Of a stretch of DNA of 63,331 nt, positions 1-10,617 are shown one piece after another. This DNA comes from a virus. Taxonomy: Duplodnaviria; Caudoviricetes. The stretch is taken from positions 1 to 63,331 of IMG/VR virus record IMGVR_UViG_3300046331_000070; one strand, given 5' to 3'. The notes under the pieces were generated by a model. That model ran no database searches. It had not been told where the DNA came from and was given only the letters and a program-made list of their open reading frames with translations. The first letter of the stretch is position 1. The number at the start of each line of letters is the position of its first letter. The translations under genes were made by a program, and so were the position numbers.

Positions 1-2
1 CT

Positions 3-1070
3 GTTGCTGATGGTAAAGCAGTTACTGCGGGTTCTTATGCAAATTCAGCATACACCCAAGCAAACACAGCAACAAACAATGCTGCTGGTGCTTCACTATA
101 TGCCAATGGTGCATTTATACAAGCAAACAGTGCATTCTCTACTGCAAACGATGCTCTACCAAAAGCTGGTGGTACCGTAACAGGTATAACATATTTTACC
201 GGCGGGAATACTGCCAACTCAACTATACAATTAGAGGGTTATAATCAAAGAGGTGGTGTTGGTTATCACGGATTCTTGATGGCCAATAATACAAATGCTC
301 CACTTGGACAGAAACACTTCAGAATTGATTCTGGTGGAACTCTGCAAATTATTGATAGTGAATATACAAAAACAATACTTTCTTTGACAGATGCTGGTGT
401 ATTATTTTCGCCAACAGTATCTGGTATGGTAAAATTGTCAGGAAGCACTGGTGGTGCCGGAACACAACCATTAGATTTTACTTCAGGAACATTATTAACC
501 ACACCAGAATCAGGTTCTGTTGAATATGATGGTAACAATTTCTATGGCACAATAGATACAACAAACGGCCGAGGATTAATTCCTGTTACTCATTATTATA
601 GATTGGTCGCAGATAGTGCAGCAACGACTACAACTATTGCACCATTTTTTGGTACAAACTCATCAATACCTTTGGTTGCAAACGGCATTTATGAAATTGA
701 AATTGAAGCATGGTTCTTAAAGACTACGGCCGGACAATTAACTTGGACAATAACAAACTCAACCACTGTAACAAGTATGAATATTGTTCTAAACCACACT
801 CCAGCTGCAGGTTATACAAATGGACCTACAGCAACCAACTATTTTGTGGGTGGATTGTTTAATCAAACGGCGGCCGCGGCAGCCTTTGGTGTAACGGCAT
901 CACTAACAAATGCAACCAGTCATTACGCCAAATTTAAAATTACACTAGAAAATGGCGCTTCAACATCATTAAGATTGAATGTGACCAATTCGGCCGGCAC
1001 TATTACTCCTCGTCGTGGTAGTTTCTGGAAAGCAACGAGAATTGCAAACGTTGGTACTCTGGCAGCATAA
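3..1070 (+). CDS. Tail fibre/virion structural protein, 5'-truncated (frame of ORF 276..1070 is open from the window start)
   Basis: Open frame from nt 3 with A[YF]xxAN repeats (SAYTQANTA, GAFIQANSA) and a Gly/Thr-rich beta-type C-terminus; lies just upstream of gp13. Confidence 0.6.
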   Translation, partial: VADGKAVTAGSYANSAYTQANTATNNAAGASLYANGAFIQANSAFSTANDALPKAGGTVTGITYFTGGNTANSTIQLEGYNQRGGVGYHGFLMANNTNAPLGQKHFRIDSGGTLQIIDSEYTKTILSLTDAGVLFSPTVSGMVKLSGSTGGAGTQPLDFTSGTLLTTPESGSVEYDGNNFYGTIDTTNGRGLIPVTHYYRLVADSAATTTTIAPFFGTNSSIPLVANGIYEIEIEAWFLKTTAGQLTWTITNSTTVTSMNIVLNHTPAAGYTNGPTATNYFVGGLFNQTAAAAAFGVTASLTNATSHYAKFKITLENGASTSLRLNVTNSAGTITPRRGSFWKATRIANVGTLAA

Positions 1071-1071
1071 T

Positions 1072-1079
1072 CATAAATA
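1072..1079 (+). promoter_or_regulatory. T4-type late promoter (CATAAATA)
   Basis: One mismatch to the gp55 consensus TATAAATA, just upstream of gp13. Confidence 0.6.
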
Positions 1080-1104
1080 AGCAATACAAAATATAGGTAA
1101 AAAA

Positions 1105-1878
1105 ATGGCAACAATTACCAACAGATCAGATTTTAAAAATTACTGTTTGCGTAGACTAGGATTTCCAGTAATTGAAATCAACGTTGATGACGACCAGGTA
1201 GAAGATCGCATTGATGATGCGTTACAATACTGGCAAGATTATCATTTTGATGGTCTACAAAAATTCTACTATATCAAAAAAGTTACTCAAACAGATATTG
1301 ACCAAAAATATATTGACCTAAGTGATGCTCGCGATAACGCAAACAACACCATGGAAATTGTTGGTGTTACTAAGATATTTCCAATTCAAGATTCACAATC
1401 ATCAATCAACATGTTTGACCTTAGATACCAACTAAGATTAAATGAGTTGTATGACTTCACATCAGCGTCCTACATTAATTATACTCTAACTCAACAACAT
1501 CTTCGTTCTTTAGAATTGATGTTCACAGGTGAAGTTCCTATTAGGTTCCAGAGACACATGCAAAGGTTGTACATTGATTGGGCATGGGGACAACAAGAAG
1601 CACCAGTAGGTACAACAGTTATTGCCGAATGTTATTCATCTATTAATCCTGATGTGTACAACCATGTATGGAATGACCGTTGGTTGAAAGAGTATGCAAC
1701 AGCATTAATCAAGAGAAGTTGGGGCAACAACCTTAAAAAGTTCTCAAACATCCAATTGCCAGGTGGTGTTATGTTGAATGGCGACAAAATTTATCAAGAA
1801 GCAGCTGATGAAATTGATGCATTACATAAAGAGATGGAAACTCAATATGGCGCACCTCTTGAATTTTTCTTAAACTAA
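1105..1878 (+). CDS. gp13: Neck protein gp13
   Basis: YCLRRLGFPVIEINVDDDQ..DALQY, WLKEYATALIK and QLPGGVMLNG motifs; T4 synteny. Confidence 0.92.
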   Translation: MATITNRSDFKNYCLRRLGFPVIEINVDDDQVEDRIDDALQYWQDYHFDGLQKFYYIKKVTQTDIDQKYIDLSDARDNANNTMEIVGVTKIFPIQDSQSSINMFDLRYQLRLNELYDFTSASYINYTLTQQHLRSLELMFTGEVPIRFQRHMQRLYIDWAWGQQEAPVGTTVIAECYSSINPDVYNHVWNDRWLKEYATALIKRSWGNNLKKFSNIQLPGGVMLNGDKIYQEAADEIDALHKEMETQYGAPLEFFLN

Positions 1879-1879
1879 T

Positions 1880-2761
1880 ATGGCAACCAGTGTATATTTT
1901 AATAACTACAACTCTCTTGCTGAGCAACGAGTAGTTGAGGACTTGATTACAGAATCCATAAAAATTATGGGTTTTGATGCATACTATTTACCAATCGAAA
2001 ATGAAAGTGATAGAGATATTCTATTTGGTGAAGATCCCGTTAAGAAATTTAGTTCAGCATTTCCTGTTGAATTTTACTTATCGAGTGCATTGGAATATGG
2101 TGGCGAAAGAGAGTTTTTCTCCAAGTTCGGTCTTGAGATCAAGAACAACATCACCATCATTGTATCTAAACGTTCGTTCTCACAACGTGTACCACAAAAT
2201 CATTTCACAAGACCAAGAGAAGGTGATTTGATTTATGTGCCATTCTTGAACGGCACAGGTGAGTTGTTTGAGATTAAGTTTACTAACCAAACCAAAGACT
2301 TCTTCATGTTGGGTCGTAAGATTCCTTTCTTCTATGAATTGGAACTTGAGAAATTCAAATACTCACAAGAACGTATCGAAACTGGTGTGTCTCAAATTGA
2401 TGATGTTGTTACTAATTCTTCTTATACAATTGAGTTGAATATTGCAGAAGGTACCGGATCATACGAACAAAAAGAAATTGTTTACCAGTCACCAGACAAC
2501 ACACACGCAAATGCATCAGTTGTGGCTATAGTACAAGAATGGAGACCATTGGCAAACACATTGCATGTTACTAATATTGCTGGAGAGTTTGTAGACAACC
2601 AAATCATTATCGGTGCATCAAGCAATGCATCATATAGATTGTCCACATATGATCCACTACAAGATAATAGTCGCAATGAAGTTTATGACAACAAGTACAT
2701 AGACAACCAGGCAAATTCCATCATTGATTTCAGTGAAACAAACCCATTTGGTTCAATATAA
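1880..2761 (+). CDS. gp14: Neck protein gp14
   Basis: EQ..EDLITESIKI.G, FSKFGLEI, RPREGDLIY.P, C-terminal DFSETNPFG. Confidence 0.92.
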   Translation: MATSVYFNNYNSLAEQRVVEDLITESIKIMGFDAYYLPIENESDRDILFGEDPVKKFSSAFPVEFYLSSALEYGGEREFFSKFGLEIKNNITIIVSKRSFSQRVPQNHFTRPREGDLIYVPFLNGTGELFEIKFTNQTKDFFMLGRKIPFFYELELEKFKYSQERIETGVSQIDDVVTNSSYTIELNIAEGTGSYEQKEIVYQSPDNTHANASVVAIVQEWRPLANTLHVTNIAGEFVDNQIIIGASSNASYRLSTYDPLQDNSRNEVYDNKYIDNQANSIIDFSETNPFGSI

Positions 2762-3778
2762 ATGTCAAAAACTTTCTATCATCGCATAATTCGTAAATTG
2801 GTTGTTGGATTCGGCAACCTTTTTAATGATATTACATTAGTAAGATATAATCCAGATTTATCGGAGTCAGAACGTTTTCTTGTACCTATTGCATATGCAT
2901 CAAAAGAAAAATATGTAATGCGTTTAGAAGAAGATTTTAACTTAGACAAAAAGGTTCAAATTACATTACCTAGAATTTCTTTTGAGATGACAGGTTTTGC
3001 ATATGACGCATCAAGAAAACATAATACAAATGTTAAAAATTTTGCACAAACTTCTAATGGTCTGATTTCACAATATAATCCAGTACCATACAACTTTGAT
3101 TTCAGCATATACATTTATGTGAGAAACATTGAAGATGGTACACAGATCATTGAACACATTTTACCATACTTCACACCAGATTACACAATTAAACTGAACA
3201 TGATACCTGAAATGGGTATTGTTAAAGAAGTTCCTGTGATATTAAATTCAACCACTCAAGACATACAATATGAAGGTAACCGAGATAGTGATCCTCGCTT
3301 AATTATTTGGACGTTAAACTTTACCGTTAAAGCATTCATATTTGGTGCAACATCAACAGCCAATGTAATTACACATTCAATTACATCAATATTACATAAA
3401 ATAACACCAGAAGATTCTGTGCAATTTGTTATGGATGCAAATAGTGGTGTTGGTAATTACCAAATAGGCGAAACTGTATTTCAAGGTTATACAGCGGCCA
3501 ATGCTGTTGCTATGGGTAAAGTGGTAACATGGACAAACAATAATTTAGTATTAACCAATATTAATGGTAATTTTGTTTCGTCAGAACCAGTATATGGTGT
3601 AACGAATGGCGCAAATTATAAATTTGTATCTTATAGTCCTGTTTCGTTCAAATATGCTCAGATTGATGATTATGCCAATGTAGAAGTTGACAACACACAT
3701 ATTACCTCAGATGCAATTATATCAATTGACAACACAGATACAATATCAACAACAATAATCGAGAGTCCAAATGTCTAA
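2762..3778 (+). CDS. gp15: Tail sheath stabiliser/terminator gp15
   Basis: FYHRIIRK.VVGFGNLFN, LPRISFE, PVPYN, QIIEHILPYFTP. Confidence 0.92.
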   Translation: MSKTFYHRIIRKLVVGFGNLFNDITLVRYNPDLSESERFLVPIAYASKEKYVMRLEEDFNLDKKVQITLPRISFEMTGFAYDASRKHNTNVKNFAQTSNGLISQYNPVPYNFDFSIYIYVRNIEDGTQIIEHILPYFTPDYTIKLNMIPEMGIVKEVPVILNSTTQDIQYEGNRDSDPRLIIWTLNFTVKAFIFGATSTANVITHSITSILHKITPEDSVQFVMDANSGVGNYQIGETVFQGYTAANAVAMGKVVTWTNNNLVLTNINGNFVSSEPVYGVTNGANYKFVSYSPVSFKYAQIDDYANVEVDNTHITSDAIISIDNTDTISTTIIESPNV

Positions 3779-4193
3779 GCAAACAATTAATATTGGAACA
3801 AAACCAAACGATGGCACAGGTGATACATTAAGAGTTGCTTTTGGTAAAACCAATAATAACTTCACTGAGTTATATACCACAACACAAAATTTATCCAATA
3901 CATCAAATGTCACTGTTGTGTTTTCACAATCTGCATACAATTATGCCAACACAATACCAGTTATTAATCTAGGCAACATTTATTTTGATAATTCGGAAAT
4001 ACGAACAACAGTTGGTGGCATTAGTATCATTAATGTCAACGAACAGTCTTGGATTTTTGACGTAAGTGGAAATTTAATATTTCCTGACCAAACAGTTCAA
4101 ACTGGCGCATCAATATCTATTACCGAATTAAAAACCTTGGTAGCAAATTCAACCAGTTTTTCAGATTTTCAAGTAAGAATTGCAGCATTATAA
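3771..4193 (+). CDS. Small virion protein with gp9/gp10-like N-terminal motif
   Basis: MSKQTINIGT.PNDGTGDTLR.AF.K.N.NF.ELY, the N-terminus typical of T4 gp9/gp10-family baseplate and fibre proteins. Confidence 0.65.
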   Translation: MSKQTINIGTKPNDGTGDTLRVAFGKTNNNFTELYTTTQNLSNTSNVTVVFSQSAYNYANTIPVINLGNIYFDNSEIRTTVGGISIINVNEQSWIFDVSGNLIFPDQTVQTGASISITELKTLVANSTSFSDFQVRIAAL

Positions 4194-4207
4194 TATAAAC
4201 AAAAAAT

Positions 4208-4630
4208 ATGAACACCTTTGACAAGAATATGGAGCAGTTGTTTGATGTAACTCCTACAGAAATAGTGGAAACACCTAAACAAACTTTGTTGCCTGCAATA
4301 AAATCCACCAATGAACCTGATTTAAAAGGTGATTTGGTGGATGCTTATCAACAATCTAAAGATAACCTGCAAGAATTAATTGACCAAGGTAAAGATGCCA
4401 TGGAAGAAATCTTGCAGGTTGCCAAAGCAGGTCAACATCCTCGTGCATTTGAAGTTTATGGAACTCTACTGAAGAACATGGTAGACGCCAATAAAGAACT
4501 TCTAAATATACAAAAGCAAATGCGCGATATGGATGGAAAGAAAAAGGACGGTGGAGACACCATCATCGATAAAGCCGTTTTTGTAGGTTCAACTAATGAA
4601 TTGAGTAAATTACTAAAAAATGGCAATTGA
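4208..4630 (+). CDS. gp16: Terminase small subunit gp16
   Basis: HPRAFEV and VFVGSTNEL motifs; directly upstream of gp17. Confidence 0.88.
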   Translation: MNTFDKNMEQLFDVTPTEIVETPKQTLLPAIKSTNEPDLKGDLVDAYQQSKDNLQELIDQGKDAMEEILQVAKAGQHPRAFEVYGTLLKNMVDANKELLNIQKQMRDMDGKKKDGGDTIIDKAVFVGSTNELSKLLKNGN

Positions 4631-6299
4631 TAATAAAGATTCCTATCGTGACAATCCTCTACTAAAACGTGCAGGAGTACAATTAGAATATACACAAGAA
4701 CAGGTTGATGAGTATATTAAGTGTGCCAAAGACCCCGTATATTTTGCAAAGAACTATATCAAAATTGTCAACGTTGATGAAGGTCTAATCAACTTTAAGA
4801 TGTGGCCGTTTCAAGAAGAAATGTTGAATCTATTTAAAAACAATAGATTCGTAATCACAAAATGTCCTCGTCAGGTTGGTAAAACCACCACAACAGTTGC
4901 ATACCTTCTTCATGCAACACTATTCCAAGAGTCACAAAACGTTGCCGTATTGGCCAACAAAGGTTCACTTGCACGAGATATTCTTGCAAAGTACCAGTTG
5001 GCATACGAAAACTTACCTATGTGGCTACAACAAGGTGTCATTACATGGAATAAAGGTAACGTAGAACTAGAAAATGGTTCAAAGATTATTGCGGCGTCAA
5101 CCTCATCAAGTGCGATTCGAGGTGGTGCATTTAACATTGTATTCTTGGACGAATTCGCGTTCGTTCCAGCAAACATTGCACATGAATTCTTTAACTCTGT
5201 TTACCCTGTAATCTCATCAGGTAAAAAAACAAAGATTATTATTGTATCTACACCAAACGGTATGAATCTATACTACAAGTTATGGATGGATTCAATCAAT
5301 AAGAAAAATAACTATGTGAATTTTGAGATTCACTGGTCGATGGTACCAGGAAGAACAGAGGAATGGAAAGAAGAAACAATCAGGAACACATCTGAACGAC
5401 AATTCAGACAAGAGTTTGAAACAGAGTTCTTAGGTTCTTCAAATACTTTAATTTCAGGTCATAAGTTGCAACAAATGGTCTACATAGACCCAATTGCCAC
5501 ACATGACATGATGAAAATATATGAAAGACCAATCAAGGCAGATGGGGAAAGACATAAACGAGATCACCTATATGCAATGACAGTTGACGTTTCGGAAGGT
5601 AAAAACTTAGACTCGTCAGCATTTAGTGTATTTGATATTACAGAAACACCATATAGACAGGTTGCATCATATAGAAGTTCATCAATTTCACCTATACTGT
5701 TCCCCACTGTCATATATAATGCTGCAAAATGGTATAATGATGCCTACGTTTTAGTGGAAATAAATAACAATCCACAAGTGGCAGACATGATACACCAAGA
5801 TTTAGAGTACGAAAACTTGTGGAAAATCTTTACAGGTAACAAAAAACCACAAGAACTGTCATCAGGATTTGGTCGTGGTGTACAGATGGGTCTTAAAATG
5901 TCAACACAAGTCAAGAGAATAGGTTGTTCAAACCTAAAAACTCTGATTGAAGGTGACAAACTTATAATTAATGATTTTGATACATACTCTGAGTTAACCA
6001 CATTTGTGGCGAACAAGACTTCATTTGCTGCTGAAGAAGGCGCAAATGATGACTCAGTGATGACTTTGGTTGTATTTGCATGGATTACTACTCAGAAATA
6101 TTTCAGAGAAATTGTAAACCATGATTTGAGAAAACAAATCCAACTGGAAAATATGAACCAGTTTGATGAAGAAAACTTGCCGGCACCAATAATCGATGAT
6201 GGTTTAGAACATGATTTTGATGTATTTGATGGTGACGTATGGGAAAATGCAAATGGCGGTGAGATTTACGCATCATTCATTCGTGAATTGACGAGGTAA
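4620..6299 (+). CDS. gp17: Terminase large subunit gp17
   Basis: PRQVGKTT Walker A, FLDEFAF Walker B, STPNG, nuclease DVSEG..DD. Confidence 0.97.
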   Translation: MAIDNKDSYRDNPLLKRAGVQLEYTQEQVDEYIKCAKDPVYFAKNYIKIVNVDEGLINFKMWPFQEEMLNLFKNNRFVITKCPRQVGKTTTTVAYLLHATLFQESQNVAVLANKGSLARDILAKYQLAYENLPMWLQQGVITWNKGNVELENGSKIIAASTSSSAIRGGAFNIVFLDEFAFVPANIAHEFFNSVYPVISSGKKTKIIIVSTPNGMNLYYKLWMDSINKKNNYVNFEIHWSMVPGRTEEWKEETIRNTSERQFRQEFETEFLGSSNTLISGHKLQQMVYIDPIATHDMMKIYERPIKADGERHKRDHLYAMTVDVSEGKNLDSSAFSVFDITETPYRQVASYRSSSISPILFPTVIYNAAKWYNDAYVLVEINNNPQVADMIHQDLEYENLWKIFTGNKKPQELSSGFGRGVQMGLKMSTQVKRIGCSNLKTLIEGDKLIINDFDTYSELTTFVANKTSFAAEEGANDDSVMTLVVFAWITTQKYFREIVNHDLRKQIQLENMNQFDEENLPAPIIDDGLEHDFDVFDGDVWENANGGEIYASFIRELTR

Positions 6300-6315
6300 T
6301 GTAAATCCAACGATT

Positions 6316-6323
6316 CATAAATA
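6316..6323 (+). promoter_or_regulatory. T4-type late promoter (CATAAATA)
   Basis: Upstream of gp18. Confidence 0.6.
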
Positions 6324-6376
6324 TCTGTATGGTAAATTATCTACCACAGAACACATAATAATTCAAGGAGAATACA

Positions 6377-8086
6377 ATGGCGTTTCAAATCTCTCCAGGC
6401 GTAAATGTATCCGAAGTCGATTTAACAACCGTAGTTCCTTCGGTTCTTACTACTGCCGGTGCTTTTGCTGGAACATTTCCATGGGGTCCTGCAAATCAAT
6501 TAGTTTTGATTGACAGTGAAATCAATTTAGTAAAACAATTTGCACCTAAGGGTCCAGATTCAGATTCAGCAGTTTCATTTTTTACTGCTGCGAACTTCTT
6601 ATCATACGGCAACAACTTACAATTGGTTCGTGCGGTTGGTAGCAATTCAAACAATGCAACTGTAACGGGCGAATCCATTCAAGTTTTGAATAAAGATGAA
6701 TTCGAAGCAGCATACCTAAACATCGATAATGGCGACGTTTATGGTTCATTTATTGCAAGATGTCCTGGTGAATTAGGTAACTCACTTTCTGTTGCTGTTT
6801 GTGCAAACACGGCATTATTTTCAACATGGACATACAAAAATTACTTCTCTAGCGCACCAGACACTTCAGATTATGCCACATCACAAGGTGGTTCAAAAGA
6901 TGAAATGCATATTGTTGTTATTGATAGAAAAGGTCTATTCACTGGTGTTGCCAATACTGTATTAGAAACTTACGCATTTGTATCTAAAGCAGGTGACGCT
7001 AAGATTGATGGAGCAACTAATTATTACAAACAAGTTGTATTCAATAATTCAAAATATGTATTTGCAATTGATCCTGTTGATTATCTAAATCAAGTTAGCA
7101 CATGGGGATCACCGGCAGCTGGACAAACATTTACAAGTCCATCAACAAACCAATCAGTCAATCTATTGGCCGGTACAGATGATGCACCAGCTTTAGGTGA
7201 CTTAGAACTTGCTTATGATATTTTTCAAAACAAAGAAGTTATTGATATTTCACTGGTACTAACAGGTGATGCTAATGTAACTCTGCAAAACTATATCATC
7301 AGTACAATTGGTAACCCAGATCCACTAACATATGCTCGTAGAGACTGTGTAATTTTTGTTTCACCTCCACAAGATGCTGTAGTGAACCAATTAGGTAGTG
7401 AAGTCAACAACATCCAAGAGTGGACAACAGCACTAACAAAATCGTCATATGCAGTTGCAGATTCAGGTTGGAAATATCAATTTGACAAATACAACAACGT
7501 ATATCGTTGGATCCCATTGAATGGTGACATTGCTGGTCTATGTGTTAATACAGATACAGTAAGAGATCCATGGTTCTCACCAGCAGGTTTCAATCGTGGT
7601 GCAATCAAGAACTCAATTAAGTTGGCATGGAACCCTAGCAAATCACAAAGAGATGTTATATACGCACTAGGTGTTAATCCAGTGGTTGCTTTCCCAGGTC
7701 AAGGAACTGTTCTGTTTGGAGATAAAACACTACAAAGCAAACCTTCAGCATTTGATCGTATCAATGTTCGTAGATTGTTTATTGTTCTAGAAAAGTCAAT
7801 TTCAACTGCATCTAAGTTCTCACTATTTGAATTAAATGATGAGTTTACAAGAGCACAGTTTGTTTCGTTGATTACTCCGTTCTTGAGAGATGTACAAGGT
7901 CGTCGTGGTATTACAGACTTTAAAGTGGTTTGCGATACTACAAATAACACACCACAGGTTATTGACTCCAACCAATTTGTTGGTGATATTTACATTAAAC
8001 CAGCACGTTCAATTAACTTCATCCAATTGAATTTTGTTGCTGTTGCAACTGGCGTTGAATTCACAACAGTCGTTGGATCTGTTTAA
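6377..8086 (+). CDS. gp18: Tail sheath protein gp18
   Basis: SPGVNVSEVD, PWFSPAG.NRG, FDRINVRRLF, KPARSINFI. Confidence 0.97.
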   Translation: MAFQISPGVNVSEVDLTTVVPSVLTTAGAFAGTFPWGPANQLVLIDSEINLVKQFAPKGPDSDSAVSFFTAANFLSYGNNLQLVRAVGSNSNNATVTGESIQVLNKDEFEAAYLNIDNGDVYGSFIARCPGELGNSLSVAVCANTALFSTWTYKNYFSSAPDTSDYATSQGGSKDEMHIVVIDRKGLFTGVANTVLETYAFVSKAGDAKIDGATNYYKQVVFNNSKYVFAIDPVDYLNQVSTWGSPAAGQTFTSPSTNQSVNLLAGTDDAPALGDLELAYDIFQNKEVIDISLVLTGDANVTLQNYIISTIGNPDPLTYARRDCVIFVSPPQDAVVNQLGSEVNNIQEWTTALTKSSYAVADSGWKYQFDKYNNVYRWIPLNGDIAGLCVNTDTVRDPWFSPAGFNRGAIKNSIKLAWNPSKSQRDVIYALGVNPVVAFPGQGTVLFGDKTLQSKPSAFDRINVRRLFIVLEKSISTASKFSLFELNDEFTRAQFVSLITPFLRDVQGRRGITDFKVVCDTTNNTPQVIDSNQFVGDIYIKPARSINFIQLNFVAVATGVEFTTVVGSV

Positions 8087-8112
8087 TAAATAAACGATAA
8101 TAGGAGAAAACA

Positions 8113-8655
8113 ATGGCATTCAACGTAGCAGAATTTAGAGCAAATATGATTGGGGACGGTGCTCGTCCCAATCTGTTTTCAGTCTCTTTAACCTTCCCAA
8201 CTATTGCATCAAATGGAAGTGCTGCCAGTTCAAAAGTGACATTCATGGCTAAAGCAGCACAGTTACCAGGTTCTACACTTGGTACTGTGCCAGTATATTA
8301 CTTTGGTCGTGAAATGAAATTTGCTGGTAACAGATCATTTGCAGATTGGACATTAACAATTATTAATGATGAAGATTTTACAATTCGTAACTCTATCGAA
8401 TCGTGGATGAATTCAATCAATAGCAATACATCAAATGTAAGAAATACTTTAGCTAAAAATCCTTCACAATACTCTGTTGATGCTGAAGTTACTCAGTTCG
8501 GCAAGTCAGGTGAATCATTGAAAAAGTATAAGTTTGTTGGTATGTTCCCTATTGATCTGGCACCAATCGACCTAGATTGGGGATCAAATGATGTAATGGA
8601 AGAATTTACCGCAACATTTGCATATCAATATTGGGAAACAAATACAACCAATTAA
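8113..8655 (+). CDS. gp19: Tail tube protein gp19
   Basis: GARPNLF, AAQLPGS, GR..KFAG.R.F.DW. Confidence 0.95.
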   Translation: MAFNVAEFRANMIGDGARPNLFSVSLTFPTIASNGSAASSKVTFMAKAAQLPGSTLGTVPVYYFGREMKFAGNRSFADWTLTIINDEDFTIRNSIESWMNSINSNTSNVRNTLAKNPSQYSVDAEVTQFGKSGESLKKYKFVGMFPIDLAPIDLDWGSNDVMEEFTATFAYQYWETNTTN

Positions 8656-8664
8656 TGATTTTAT

Positions 8665-8690
8665 AGGGGAGGACTTCGGTTCTCCCTTTT
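8665..8690 (+). terminator. Rho-independent terminator after gp19
   Basis: GGGAGGAC-TTCG-GTTCTCCC followed by T-run. Confidence 0.8.
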
Positions 8691-8723
8691 ATGTTTTTTT
8701 GATTTCGGAATTATACACAAAAT

Positions 8724-10397
8724 ATGGCAAATACAAATAAATTTTCACTATTCGGTTTTACAATTGCTCGTAATAAAGAACAAGACGAGGATGCAGTACA
8801 ACCATCATTTACACCACCTTCTTCGGACGATGGTGCGTTAACCATTACGTCTGCGGCTTACTATGGTACATATGTTGACTTAGATGGTACGGCAAAAAAT
8901 GAAGTAGAATTGATTTCTCGTTATAGAGAAATGGCTATGCAACCAGAAATTGAGTCTGCAATTGATGATGTTGTGAATGAAGCAATTTGTCAAGATGATG
9001 ATGGCAAGATTACACAGATCGTTTTGGATGATTTACAACAACCAGAAAAGATCAAAAAAGCAATCAAAACAGAATTTCAAAATGTGTTGCGTCTGTTGAA
9101 TTATAAAAAGATGGCACAAGACATTTTCCGTAGATATTATATTGATGGTAGAATGTACTACCATATTATTATTGATAAAACCAATCCTACTGCGGGCATT
9201 AAAGAACTACGTTACATTGATCCACGCAAACTTCGTAAAGTTCGTGAGGTCAAAAAACAAAAAGATGAACGCACTGGTGCTGATATCATGAATGTAGTTA
9301 ATGAATACTACATCTACAACGATAAGGTAGTATCAGGAACGTCGTCCAGTTATGGTCCAGTTGGAGTTCGAATAACTCCAGACTCTATCGTTTCAGTAGT
9401 CTCAGGACTCATGGATTCTCGTCGTGCAGTCGTATTATCATATCTACACAAAGCAATCAAACCTTTGAACCAACTTCGCATGATTGAAGATGCAACGGTT
9501 ATCTACCGTATCTCTCGTGCTCCAGAACGTAGAATTTTCTACATTGACGTTGGTAACTTACCTAAATTAAAAGCAGAACAATATCTTCGTGATATTATGG
9601 TCAAGTACAAAAATAAACTTGTCTATGATGCAAACACTGGTGAGATTCGTGATGACCGTAAGTTCCTATCGATGATGGAAGATTTCTGGTTACCTCGTAG
9701 AGAAGGTGGTAAAGGTACAGAGATCACTACATTACCTGGTGGTCAGAATTTAGGTGAATTGGAAGATGTAAAATACTTCCAAAAGAAACTATATGGTTCA
9801 TTGAATGTACCAGTTTCTCGTCTTGAACCGAACCAAGGTTTCTCTATTGGTCGTGTTGCGGAAGTTACTCGTGATGAGTTAAAGTTTGCAAAGTTTGTTG
9901 ACCGTATGCGTAACAAATTTTCAGATGTATTCAACCAAGTTCTTCGTGTGCAATGTGTACTTAAAGGTATCTGTACTGATGAAGAATGGGACGAATTTAA
10001 AGAGAACATCTATTACGATTATATCAAAGACAACAACTTCTCAGAACTAAAAGAAGCTGAGTTGATGACAAATAGATTAGAGTTGTTAAGTGCAGTTGAT
10101 CCATATACAGGTAGATATTTCTCTCAAAAATGGATTCAACAAAATGTATTGCGTTTAACTGATGATGATATTGAAGAAATGCAATCAGAAATTGATAAAG
10201 AGAAAGAAGAAGGTCTTGGATTGCCAGTTGGTGTGACAAATGATATTGCACAACAACAAATGGCATCAACAATCCAAACTGACGCTTCTCAACAACAAGC
10301 ACAGAATCAATCAGATATTCAGTTGCAGGCCGCAAAAGATATGCCTCAACAAAAAGAAGAATCTGATACATTTACTAAACTGAAACGTATATTATAA
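8724..10397 (+). CDS. gp20: Portal protein gp20
   Basis: YRISRAPERRIFYIDVGNLPK, EDFWLPRREGGKGTEI. Confidence 0.97.
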   Translation: MANTNKFSLFGFTIARNKEQDEDAVQPSFTPPSSDDGALTITSAAYYGTYVDLDGTAKNEVELISRYREMAMQPEIESAIDDVVNEAICQDDDGKITQIVLDDLQQPEKIKKAIKTEFQNVLRLLNYKKMAQDIFRRYYIDGRMYYHIIIDKTNPTAGIKELRYIDPRKLRKVREVKKQKDERTGADIMNVVNEYYIYNDKVVSGTSSSYGPVGVRITPDSIVSVVSGLMDSRRAVVLSYLHKAIKPLNQLRMIEDATVIYRISRAPERRIFYIDVGNLPKLKAEQYLRDIMVKYKNKLVYDANTGEIRDDRKFLSMMEDFWLPRREGGKGTEITTLPGGQNLGELEDVKYFQKKLYGSLNVPVSRLEPNQGFSIGRVAEVTRDELKFAKFVDRMRNKFSDVFNQVLRVQCVLKGICTDEEWDEFKENIYYDYIKDNNFSELKEAELMTNRLELLSAVDPYTGRYFSQKWIQQNVLRLTDDDIEEMQSEIDKEKEEGLGLPVGVTNDIAQQQMASTIQTDASQQQAQNQSDIQLQAAKDMPQQKEESDTFTKLKRIL

Positions 10398-10400
10398 ATA
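10393..10400 (+). promoter_or_regulatory. T4-type late promoter (TATAAATA)
   Basis: Perfect consensus overlapping the gp20 stop. Confidence 0.7.
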
Positions 10401-10419
10401 ACTAGATTTGGAGATTAAT

Positions 10420-10602
10420 ATGGACAATGCAAGAGCAATTATTGATTATGCATATAACGACAATGGTAAAGAAATGCGTGATGCTCTTTACTCTGCAATT
10501 CACGATAGAGTTGCGGCACATATCGATGCACAAAAAATTGAAATGGCACAAAGCCTAATCAAACAACCAGAACAAGCTGAAGTTGAAGATACTCCAGTTT
10601 AA
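10420..10602 (+). CDS. Probable prohead core protein (gp67-like)
   Basis: Small acidic helical ORF in the gp67 position; GGAG SD before the ATG at 10420. Confidence 0.55.
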   Translation: MDNARAIIDYAYNDNGKEMRDALYSAIHDRVAAHIDAQKIEMAQSLIKQPEQAEVEDTPV

Positions 10603-10617
10603 ATAGAAGGATAACAA

